Source of the DNA: Eledone cirrhosa
Taxonomy: Eukaryota
DNA: 64,000 nt
Reading direction: 5' to 3'
NCBI GenBank assembly: GCA_964016885.1
Contig: OZ024743.1
Coordinates: 221,898,001-221,962,000 of the forward strand
In this document: positions 1 through 10,307 of the stretch, piece after piece
How positions within the stretch are numbered: position 1 is the stretch's first letter
Layout: each line of letters begins with the position of its first letter
The notes under the pieces: model-generated
Databases searched by the model: none
Seen by the model: the letters and a program-made list of their open reading frames with translations, nothing else
Told to the model about the DNA's origin: nothing
Position numbers and translations under genes: made by a program

Positions 1-69
1 TAAATGGATTTAGGTGATCATATTGACACCAGACACAAATGAATGTAAACCAATACACGGACTCACACA

Positions 70-163
<94 letters not shown>

Positions 164-226
164 TCAGTCGATCGACTTTCGTCAAATCGGACCGAGGAAA
201 CAATGCTTCCATGGGTATATTACTAT

Positions 227-833
227 CTACGGCTTAATCAGGCTGTTCGTTTGTTTACAAACACACCGAGCATTATAATAAATGTTCGGTGAATCCATAC
301 GTATATATATATATATATATATATATGTGCGTGTATGTATGTATATATATACATATTACTGTACGTCTGTATACATATATGTATGTACGTATACATACTT
401 GTATTTAAGTAACAGCCGTACTAAGAGTGGGAAATGAAATTTCGTTTCATTTTTTCCGTTTATCGTTTTCGGTGCACCCGGCCGATTAACCCACACGATA
501 TGCAAATTGGGCTACTCAGCCGTTAATATGCATAAGGAAAGTATATACTTTCGGACGTTCAACTATCTGGCTGGAAGGTATACGTTGCTGACGATAGCTA
601 ACAAGCTTGAAACTAGTACAGCGTTCCTTTGTCAGTGTAGAACAAACGAGCAACGGTGGTTGCTAGACACTACGGCTTAATACGGGATGTTTGTTTACAA
701 ACACACCGAGCATTATAATAAATGTTTGGTGAATCCATGCGTACATATATATATATATGTGTGCATGTATGTATATATATATATACATACTACTGTACGT
801 CTGTATACATATATGTATGTACGTATACATACT

Positions 834-835
<2 letters not shown>
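227..835 (+). mobile_element. Retrozyme-like element A: ~443-bp unit, ~1.4 tandem copies, one hammerhead
   Basis: ctacggcttaat...gtttgtttacaaacacaccgagcattataataaatg...atacttgt occurs at 227-~403 and again at 670-~835; an HHR lies between; no coding capacity. Confidence 0.65.
582..624 (+). ncRNA. Minimal type I hammerhead ribozyme (palindromic stem III)
   Basis: acgttg-CTGACGA-t agct aaca agct t-GAAA-ctag-TA-cagcgt; stem I acgttg/cagcgt, stem II agct/agct, ACTAGT palindrome; predicted cut after A618. Confidence 0.85.
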
Positions 836-876
<41 letters not shown>

Positions 877-896
877 ATGTATGTATGTATGTACGT

Positions 897-1465
897 ACAA
901 CCTGTCTCATGGTCGGGTCGTTGGCGACTAAACTGGCAACCCCACCAAGGTTTCTTGGTGAGGAGGGTGACTTTGGACATCCTGCAGGACTAAAAACAAA
1001 ACCTGTCAAAGGGCAAAGGAGCTCTTAAGAGTCAATGGCCATCCAAATCACCGGGAGAGATGACCCCTTACCCTTTGTCAAGGCAGAATTCTAGGAGAAG
1101 GAAAACTCTGATATAACACCTGCAACTCTGATGGTATCCAATGATGTTGACTTGTTCTTCTTTTTGATAAATATCACCTTGGTTAAGAGAGTGGGACTGG
1201 CTTTGTGCAGTGCCTTTGCTCACTATAAAAGCTTCACGGCACAGGCATTGCTTTGTATCTGGAGATCTCTCTGCACTTGTCGTCACATGGTACCATGGGC
1301 TTAGCACTATATGTCAATAATTGTCACAAGTGTAGTGTTTGTACCAGAGTCTTCAAGTCGCCAGCTGGACTAAAAAGTCACACTCGTTCAGCGCATCGGT
1401 AGGGGTTCTCCTACATGGATATAAAGTAGTGGTCGTACTCGAAAACGAGTTGGCAGCCACCACCA
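897..1465. mobile_element. Highly decayed LINE (possibly RTE-like) remnants
   Basis: Minus-strand translation pieces (GDI...IIG.H...LLLEFC) resemble an AP-endonuclease region; no intact ORF. Confidence 0.25.
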
Positions 1466-1486
1466 TGTATGTATGTATGTATATAC

Positions 1487-1679
1487 CAGACCTGTCAACT
1501 CTCCCCGTCGGATGGGGAGATCTCCCACCTACTTTGGGGTGGGTGAGAGATGTCTTCTCTTGTCAAAATGTGTATAGCTTTCATTATGTAAAATCTCCCC
1601 ATTTTGCCTCATTTCTCTCCGTTTGGGGCCACTTTTTCCTGGTACTCCCCGTTTGGATTTTTAGAGGTTGGCAGGTCTG
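1487..1679 (+). mobile_element. MITE, 193 bp, 13-bp TIR, ~6-bp TSD (hAT-like termini)
   Basis: cagacctgtcaac...gttggcaggtctg; flanks atatac/atatat; second copy inverted at 7271-7463. Confidence 0.8.
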
Positions 1680-1705
<26 letters not shown>

Positions 1706-1710
<5 letters not shown>

Positions 1711-1929
1711 GTACTGGAATTCTATAAGAATCCAACATTTATAATTTTCAACAGGCAAAGGGGAGTGCTAAGCTCTGAGGAATACCAACAGTATGAAACA
1801 GAGATCTGTCAGCTTATCTCCCTTTGTTTATTGAAAAAAGAAATAAGTGACATAGTCACTGCTTTAAAACAATAGCGTAAGGTCTTCAAAATGCTTTTAA
1901 TTAAGCATACAGTGTATTGCCAAATACAC

Positions 1930-1930
<1 letters not shown>
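1706..1930 (+). mobile_element. Retrozyme-like monomer, family B (relative of the 310-bp array), inserted in (TA)n
   Basis: Shares ggtcttcaaaatg...catacag block with the 310-bp array and with 39199-39367; carries an HHR. Confidence 0.7.
1769..1816 (+). ncRNA. Canonical type I hammerhead ribozyme
   Basis: taagct-CTGAGGA-atac caaca gtat-GAAA-cag agat ctg-TC-agctta; stem I extended by caggcaaagggg/ccctttgttt; GUC cut after 1810. Confidence 0.9.
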
Positions 1931-1989
<59 letters not shown>

Positions 1990-2161
1990 TCCTGAATTAG
2001 CCGTCGAAACGGCTTGAGCTCAGCCGTCGGGGTCCTACTCATTCCTATTACCCACTCTACTACCCTAAGTATTGAGTACTTTGGTGCGTTATGGTCCACC
2101 TGGTTCCTTACCACATTTCCTCCGTTATATATATATATATATATATTTGTGTGTGTGTGTG

Positions 2162-2214
<53 letters not shown>

Positions 2215-2474
2215 CAAATTACCCTCACAAGGCATTCGTCAACCAAAAGCTCTAGTAGAAGAGACTTGTCGAAGGTGCTACACAGTAGATGTGAACCCCT
2301 AACCATGTAGTTGCAAAGCGAACTTATTTTATCGAACAAGATTTAAACTACAGAACATAAAGGATATAAAGATTGCAAATATGCACTGCAAAGTATCAAA
2401 TCCAACACTTTACGATTCTGCCCTCCGCCACCTAACTTATCTATCTGTTTATTAACATAATATATACTAAATGT

Positions 2475-2928
2475 TGGTTTCTGATTTAGACACAAGGTCG
2501 AAAATTTGGGGTGGGGTAGTCGATTAAATCGACCAAGTGTGTTACTGGCGTTTTATTTTATTAACCCCTTAAGAATGAGAGGTAGAGACAACCTTGGCGG
2601 GATTTGAACTCAGAACGTAACGGGACGTAACTCTATGCCGCAAAGTATGTTGTCCGACGCTCTACCGATACTGCCAATCCACCCCTCTAATAAATAATAA
2701 ACATTGGTTTCTGATTTCGGCACAAGGCCAACAATCTTGGGGGGGGGGGCAGGTCGACCAAATCGACCCGAGTGCATCACTGGCGCTTTAATTTATCGAC
2801 CCCCATAAGGATGAAAAGCAAAGATAACCTCGGCGGGATACAAACTTAGAATGTAAAGAGACGTAACTCTGCGCCACAAAGCATATTTTCCGATGCTCTA
2901 CCGATACTGCTAGTCCACCGCCCTAATA
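2475..2928 (-). mobile_element. Two tandem copies of the tRNA-derived SINE (family S)
   Basis: Reverse complement of gagttcaaatcccgcc B-box, the tttcatcct..ggggtcgataaaataaagtaccagt core and the ccttgtgcc tail. Confidence 0.8.
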
Positions 2929-3599
2929 AACATTAAATATTAGGGCGGTGGACTAGCAGTAAATCAGAATAAATTTCATATTAATAAACATTAAATATTA
3001 ATATGAAATTTATTCTGATTTAGCCATGGCCATGTGCTTGGGCTTTTAGCTCCTTGTGGAGTCGTAGGAGCACTGCCGTGAGATATGCTGTTTCTTGGTC
3101 ATCTAAACCTGGCGGAACCCTTCATTCCTCTCCTGGTCAAAACAACCAAATTCTTCCAAAGAGAGAGAGTGTGGGGAGGGAAAGTCGACCTCAGTATTGT
3201 ACTGTTTTTTTATTGATGGACCACGAAAGAATGCAAACCAAAGTTGATTGCTGTGGGACTTGAACTCTGAGTGCAGAGAGAGCTGGAACGGATACTAGAA
3301 AGCATTCTATCCAGCGTTCTCATGCCTCGCCTCTGCCAATTGCTCGGCTTCTAGCTTAGCACATTGTATCAAATGTATCTCATCTCGGAATGGTTCTCCA
3401 TATAGGTTAGACGGATCGTTCCATTCTCTAGAGCATTGGCGATGCAGAATTCCAAGTGGTTGTTGAAATTGTATCTTGGGTGTGTTTCCATGTGAACATA
3501 TCATGATGATGACGACGACAGTGGTGGTGGTGATGGTGTTATTGATGGTTATCCTTGTCGTCGTTATTGTGGTGGCGGTTGTGATAGTAGTAATGGTGG

Positions 3600-4855
3600 T
3601 AGTAGTGGCCAGAGGAAAGGTGCTAGTGGTAGTTATGGTGGTGGGGGAGAGGTAGGGGAGAGGTGATGGTGGTAGTTATGGTGGTGGGGGAGAGGTAACT
3701 AGTGAGAGGTGCTGGTGGTAGTTATGGTGGTGGGGTGAGGAGTAGGGGAGAGGTGCTGGTGGTAGTTATGGTGGTGGGGTGAGGAGTAGGGGAGAGGTGG
3801 TGGTGGGGTGAGGAGTAGGGGAGAGGTGGTGGTGGTAGTTATGGTGGTGGGGTGAGAGGTAGGGGAGATGTGGTGGTGGTAGTTATGGTGGTGGGGTGAG
3901 GAGTAGGGGAGATGTGGTGGTGGTAGTTATGGTGGTGGTAGTTATGGTGGTGGGGTGAGGAGTAGAGGAGAGGTGGTGGTGGTAGTTATGGTGGTGGGGG
4001 GATGAGTAGGGGAGAGGTGCTGGTGGTAGTTATGGTGGTGGGGTGAGGAGTAGGGGAGAGGTGGTGGTGGGGTGAGGAGTAGGGGAGAGGTGGTGGTGGG
4101 GTGAGGAGTAGGGGAGAGGTGGTGGTGGTAGTTATGGTGGTGGGGTGAGAGGTAGGGGAGATGTGGTGGTGGTAGTTATGGTGGTGGGGTGAGGAGTAGG
4201 GGAGATGTGGTGGTGGTAGTTATGGTGGTGGTAGTTATGGTGGTGGGGTGAGGAGTAGAGGAGAGGTGCTGGTGGTAGTTATGGTGGCGGGGTGAGGAGT
4301 AGGGGAGAGGTGGTGGTGGGGTGAGGAGTAGGGGAGAGGTGGTGGTGGTAGTTATGGTGGTGGGGTGAGAGGTAGGGGAGATGTGGTGGTGGTAGTTATG
4401 GTGGTGGGGTGAGGAGTAGGGGAGATGTGGTGGTGGTAGTTATGGTGGTGGTAGTTATGGTGGTGGTAGTTATGGTGGTGGGGTGAGGAGTAGAGGAGAG
4501 GTGGTGGTGGTAGTTATGGTGGTGGGGGGAGGAGTAGGGGAGAGGTGCTGGTGGTAATTATGGTGGTGGTGTGAGAGGTAGGGGAGAGGTGGTGGTGGTA
4601 GTTATGGTGGTGGGGGGAGGAGTAGGGGAGAGGTGCTGGTGGTAGTTATGGTGTTGGGGTGAGGAGTAGGGGAGAGGTGGCGGTGGTAGTTATGGTGGTG
4701 GTAGTTATGGTGGTGGTGTGAGAGGTAGGGGAGAGGTGGTGGTGGTGGTAGTTATGGTGGTGGGGGGAGGAGTAGGGGAGAGGTGGTGGTGGTAGTTATG
4801 GTGGGGGGGGGAGTAGGGGAGAGGTGGTGGTGGTAGTTATGGTGGTGGTGTGAGG
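3600..4855 (+). repeat. G-rich minisatellite built from ggtggtggtagttat and ggtggtggggtgaggagtaggggagag modules
   Basis: Direct inspection; many G4 runs on the + strand. Confidence 0.9.
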
Positions 4856-4948
4856 GGTTTATTGTTGTTACTCTTATGGTAACAGTTGTGGTAGTGCTGA
4901 TGGCAGTGTTGGTAGTGGTTATTGTCGTTGCTAGGGTGGTGCTTTTCA

Positions 4949-5998
4949 GCATAGAGTTACGGCCCTTTTACCTTCTGCGTTCAAATCCTGCCGAGGTTAG
5001 CTTTACCTTTCATCCTTACGGGATCGATATAATAAAGTACCAGTAATGCACTGGGTCGATTTAATCGACTTTCCCCTCCCCAAAAATGGATGGCCTTGTG
5101 TCTATAGTAGAAATCGTTGTTGTTGCTGTTATGGGTAGCAACTGTGGTGGCGGTGGGTGAGTAGATGATGCTCTTTTAGTTGGTTCCTCTTGTGGTGGGG
5201 TTTCTGTGGCGTTTGTATTGGTGGCGCTGCTAGTCTTGTTGTTGCTGATGGTCGTGATTTCGTTTGTTGTAATGGTAGTGGTGGTGGTGGCAGAGATGAT
5301 GGTGGTGATGAGGAGTATCTAACGTCAGATGCTAAGCAGCCAGTTACAAACTAGGTTTACAATAACATCAAGGATATATACTGTTCAGTTACTACAGTAT
5401 ATCAGAAGACGGGGCGAGATTTCAGCGTAATTTAATCAAACTAAAATGGTAGAGAATTAAAAATAAAAGTACATTACTAGTGAAGCAGTACTAATGGTTT
5501 CTGATTTAGGCACAAGGTCAGCAATTTGGGGGGAGGAGAAAGGCGATTAAATCGACCCCAGTGCGTGACTGGTGCTATATTTTATCGACCCAGTAAGGAT
5601 GAAAAGCAAAGCTGACCTCGGCGGAATTTGAACTCAGAACCTAAAGGGACGTAACTTTATGCCGCAAAGTGTTTTGTCCGACGCTCCACCAATAATGGCA
5701 ACAAGAACGTTAAATGTATCTAATAGTTGGTATCTAGGAGAGTTATGCCATATATACCGAGATTACTTCATATAGGAGGGTCAGCTGAAAGGTTCATAGA
5801 CTGACCATGATACTCTCATGGAATGACTAAATTAGCATGTTATGAGTTCAAATCCCGCCGTGTTTAGTTTTGCCTTTCAGCCTTACTGGGTCGATAAAAT
5901 AGAGCACCAGTAATACACTGAAGTCGATTTAATCGAATTTCCCCTGCCCTTCAAATTGCTGGCCTTGTGCCAAAAGTAGAAGCAATTATTATTATTAT
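4949..5998. mobile_element. Three family-S SINE copies (~4949-5115 +, ~5495-5700 -, ~5840-5998 +)
   Basis: Same B-box/core/tail motifs as 22114-22309. Confidence 0.75.
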
Positions 5999-6259
5999 AG
6001 ATGATGTGTACAGTAAATATGATAATTACTGGAGCTGCCACTGTCGGTAGAGTACCAACAAAGACATTAGACAGACAGACTATTTTTCTGAGTATATGTA
6101 TAGTGCCCAGTAGGGAGGTCTTTTGTAGGAGACCAAGCTGTGTGCTGAGGTCTATTTGTCAAGAGGTGTCTCAAGTTTAATAGTATCGAACCGAAAGCTC
6201 CGATGGCAACTGGAAATGTTATGATGTTGTTTGGTAGTACTATTCTCCTACCACATTTT

Positions 6260-7128
6260 TGTAATGTTGATATGAAGTCAATATAATGTGTAATGTTGAT
6301 ATGAAGTCAATATAATGTGTAATGTTGATATGAAGTCAATATAATGTGTAATGTTGATATGAAGTCAGTATAATGTGTAATGTTGATATGAAGTCAATAT
6401 AATGTATAATGTTGATATGAAGTCAATATAATGTGTAATGTTGATATGAAGTCAATATAATGTGTAATGTTGATATGAAGTCAATATAATGTGTAATGTT
6501 GATATGAAGTGAATATAATTTGTAATGTTGATATAAAGTCAATATAATGTGTAATGTTGATATGAAGTGAATATAATGTGTAATGTTGATATAAAGTCAA
6601 TATAATGTGTAATGTTGATATGAAGTCAATATAATGTGTAATGTTGATATGAAGTCAATATAATGTGTAATGTTGATATAAAGTCAATATAATTTGTAAT
6701 GTTGATATGAAGTCAATATAATGTGTAATGTTGATATGAAGTCAATATAATGTGTAATGTTGATATAAAGTCAATATAATGTGTAATGTTGATATGAAGT
6801 CAATATAATGTGTAATGTTGATATGAAGTCAATATAATGTGTAATGTTGATATGAAGTCAATATAATGTGTAATATTGATATGAAGTCAATATAATTTGT
6901 AATGTTGATATAAAGTCAATATAATTTGTAATGTTGATATGAAGTCAATATAATTTGTAATGTTGATATGAAGTCAATATAATGTGTAATGTTGATATGA
7001 AGTCAATATAATGTGTAATGTTGATATAAAGTCAATATAATGTGTAATATTGATATGAAGTGAATATAATTTGTAATGTTGATATAAAGTCAATATAATT
7101 TGTAATGTTGATATGAAGTCAATATAAT
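6260..7128. repeat. 29-bp tandem satellite (gtaatgttgatatgaagtcaatataatgt), ~30 copies
   Basis: Period 29 (6261, 6290, ...). Confidence 0.95.
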
Positions 7129-7149
7129 TTGTTTTGTTTTGTTTTGTTT

Positions 7150-7630
7150 CCAATTTCGTTCACACCTACTTCTGTGCACAACTACATTATCATGCCTGTT
7201 GTGTTCAGGTCTGCGGTCCGTTTGGATCGGATAGGGAAATCTCAAAAGTATCTTGGGTTTGTCCTTGTCACAGACCCACCAACCTCTAAAAACCCAAACA
7301 GGAAGTACCATGAAAAAAGTGCTCAAAAACATGGAGAAATGAGGCAAAATGGGGAGATTTTACATAATGAAACCTATGCCCATTTTCACAAGAGAAGACA
7401 TCTCTCACCCACCCATAGAGGGTGGAAGATCTCCCTGTCGGACGGGGAGAGTTGACAGGTCTGTTGTCATTAAGGACACTTTTTGTGACATAGTAGTACC
7501 ACCTATTGGATACTTGATATCCATAATGTTTGCACATCGTGAAGATACATACAGAATTTACCATATCTTCTGTGACTGATACTTTCTGTATCAATTCCAC
7601 ATGAGCGGCACTACACACTTTTACCAAAAT
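7150..7630 (-). pseudogene. Decayed RLE-endonuclease non-LTR retrotransposon fragment (R4/Dong-like), interrupted by the MITE
   Basis: Pieces MCKHYGYQVSNRWY...VLND and KIL..PIQTDRRPEHNRHDNVVV match the R4/Dong-type WELC..Y...KWY...KILWDF.IQTD..I.HNRPDIVV region. Confidence 0.6.
7271..7463 (-). mobile_element. MITE, second copy, exact 6-bp TSD ttgtca
   Basis: cagacccaccaac...gttgacaggtctg flanked by ttgtca (7265-7270 and 7464-7469). Confidence 0.85.
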
Positions 7631-7789
7631 GATATATCTCTTTAGTCACCAATCCTGAGCTGATATCTACCTTGCTTCACTTTCCCTATTTTTAGACTAC
7701 AGCGAGAGAACCAATCACAAGACACCCCACCCCCACCCCGGGAAATTGCTGGCTGTCTATCTAAATCAAAAACCGGGTTTCTGTTCGAC

Positions 7790-7917
7790 GAGGTCAAATG
7801 TTCCTTCTATCAATTCCAGAGGTCAAGGGTATAAAATACCAGTCAAATACTGGGGTTGATTTAATCAACTTTGCCATCCCTCAAAATTGCTGGCCTTGTT
7901 TCTAAATCAGAAACTAT

Positions 7918-7961
<44 letters not shown>

Positions 7962-8388
7962 AGAAAAGTCATTAGAGTGTCGGCCACCCTGTTTCGCAGC
8001 ATATAATTATGCCCTTTATGTTCTGAGTTCAAATCCCACCGAAGTTAGCTATCGCTTTCATCCTTGCTGGATCGATGAAGTACCAGTAACGTACTGGGGT
8101 CGATTTAATCGACTTTCTCCTGCCCTTCAAATTGCTTGCCTTGCGCCTAATGTAGAAATCATTATTATTATTATTGGCAGTATTGGTAGAGGGTCTGACG
8201 CCATGCTTAGCAGCATAGAGTTATATCCCTTTATGATCTGAGTTCAAATCCCGCCGAGGTCAACTTTGCCTATCACCCTTACGGGGTCGATAAAATAAAG
8301 TACCAGTCACGCACTGGGGTTGATTTAATCGACTTTACCCTCCCCCCAAATTGCTGACCTTGTGCCTATATAAGAAACCATTATTATT
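7790..8388 (+). mobile_element. Head-to-tail chain of three family-S SINEs with (ATT)n/(AGT)n tails
   Basis: Cores near 7830, 8050 and 8270; each ends ccttg(t/c)g...agaaa..attatt. Confidence 0.8.
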
Positions 8389-9010
8389 GTCGAACAGCTA
8401 CTGTCGCGTGTGGAACGAATCCGGCTATCGGCCGAGTCCATAGTGAAGATCGACCCGCCGCCTTCCTTAGGTCAGGAAGAGCAGGAAATTTTCCTCTGTC
8501 TGGTGGCAGTTGCGAAAGAGGTTATATGGTGGACCAGGTTAAAAGTACTGAAGACAGACACTTTTCTCTTCGGCCAATCGCTCATCAACTTCTTCAAGTT
8601 TCACCTGGAAAGGAAGGTGAGGGTGGAGAGAGAAGTGCTGCCCCCCAGTACATTTGCTAAAAGGTGGATGAATGTGGCGAGAATGGCTCGTGTGAATGGG
8701 CCTACTCTGACCATGCACCTATAGGCTAGCTAACTTGAGGAGAGGGGTGCTCTCCCTGGGTGTCCTAGAAGCGCAGGGTGGTTCTGGATTGGTCGGGTAC
8801 CCGAGTCTCCCCAGGGTCGTCCACCCCCTATCGGGGAATTTATTTTGTTATATTTATGCATGGGTTATTTTATATTTTTATATCTTCATTGTTAAATTAG
8901 TCTTGCCATTGCGCACTTTTACTCGACCTTATTGTAAACCCCCACTGTCCCTGTCTTTGTATTGTCCCCTACATGTCGGCCCTTGTGGCTAATAAATGAA
9001 ATCATTATTA
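8389..9010 (+). mobile_element. 3' fragment of the L1/Tx1-type LINE
   Basis: ORF 8410-8724 is nearly identical to the 15530-15818 ORF2 C-terminus; same 3' end ggcccttgtggctaataaatgaaatcattatta. Confidence 0.9.
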
Positions 9011-9015
9011 TGTGA

Positions 9016-9209
9016 ATTGGCAGTATCGGTAGAGGGTTGGACGCCATGCTTTCTAGCATAGTTACGTCCCTTTACAGTCTGAGTTCAAATCCCGCCGAAG
9101 TTAACTTTGCCTTTCATCCTTACGGGGTCGATAAAATAAAGTACCAGTAATGTACTAGGTATTTGCTGACCTTGTGCCTAAAGTAGAAACAATTATTATT
9201 ATTATTATT
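9016..9209 (+). mobile_element. Family-S SINE
   Basis: tggcagtatcggtagag head, gagttcaaatcc B-box, core, (ATT)n tail. Confidence 0.85.
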
Positions 9210-10307
9210 GAGTCTGAACGGACGTCTTTTTGCTCGCCCCCGTAAGTTCACTTATTTACCTATCAAAATAGATTTTTTGAATTTTTGTTGTTGTGTAAAG
9301 CATACAATCCCTTGAACCTTGCCCTGTGAAGGAGAAATAATAATATTTGGGCCTTTTAGCCCAAATATTTCAACTTTTTTATATTTTAAAATATTTACGA
9401 AGAAAAGAAACAAAAAAAGCAAAAGAAACAAAAAAAAACATAGCTGAGCCACTTTAGCTTGTTTGGGTATTTTCCACGAATTGGCATAACTAGCTCCCTG
9501 CTAAAGGTGAAATAACATAGTTCTTATAATTCTTATAATTGATTTGTATACAAGTTAAAGTGAAATTGATTTTAAACTGAAATTATTCATTCGTTCGAAA
9601 ATATTCATAGAACACTGTACCAAAGACTGTTCTTTCATACTTATCCTCTTCAACTACACATGGATATTTGTCTTACTGTGGAGAAGGAATTAGAAACTTT
9701 GGGTGACATACCAACTTCTGTTGATAATATAAGGAAAGAAATCAGTGAAGGTATTATTACGTTTTGATTGCATTTTTATTACAACCACTAATACTTACTA
9801 TTATCGGTAGAGCGTCGGAGAGCAATGTTTGTGACATAAAAACAAAACAAAAACTAACAAAAACGTTAAAAATAAATAAATAAATCTATTAAAAAAAAAC
9901 CTGGCAAAAAACGCAAAAAAAAAGAAACTAAAAAAAAAACAAGAAACTAACAAAAATATCGCCAAAAAAACAAAACAAAGAAACTAACAAAAACGTTTCA
10001 AATAAATAAATAAATCTATATTTCTTTTAACGGCTAAAAAAAAGGGAATGTAAATTTGTTGGAATAGCCTCATTTTAGCAGCCAGCAGCCAGCAGCGAAG
10101 TTATTTAGCCTCATATCAGCAGCGAACAGCGAAGTTATTTAACCCTAGGCATGGGGGAGGTATTTTTGGATATCGCCGTAATTTGTTTTATTGGGCCACA
10201 GTTTAAAAATATTAAAGCATTAAAATTGTGTAAGCAACAAATAATTGGTAAGTTCCATTTATTATTTCCTATACCTAGTTTATATTTTGTTTGTAGACTG
10301 ACTCACA

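Noticed and set aside
6260-7128. 29-bp (and 44-bp at 63322) repeats as CRISPR arrays
   Set aside because: Head-to-tail units with no spacers, no cas genes, eukaryotic context
9211-10240. Left TIR of the hAT element
   Set aside because: No cagtggcggattt match found, so the left boundary is undefined
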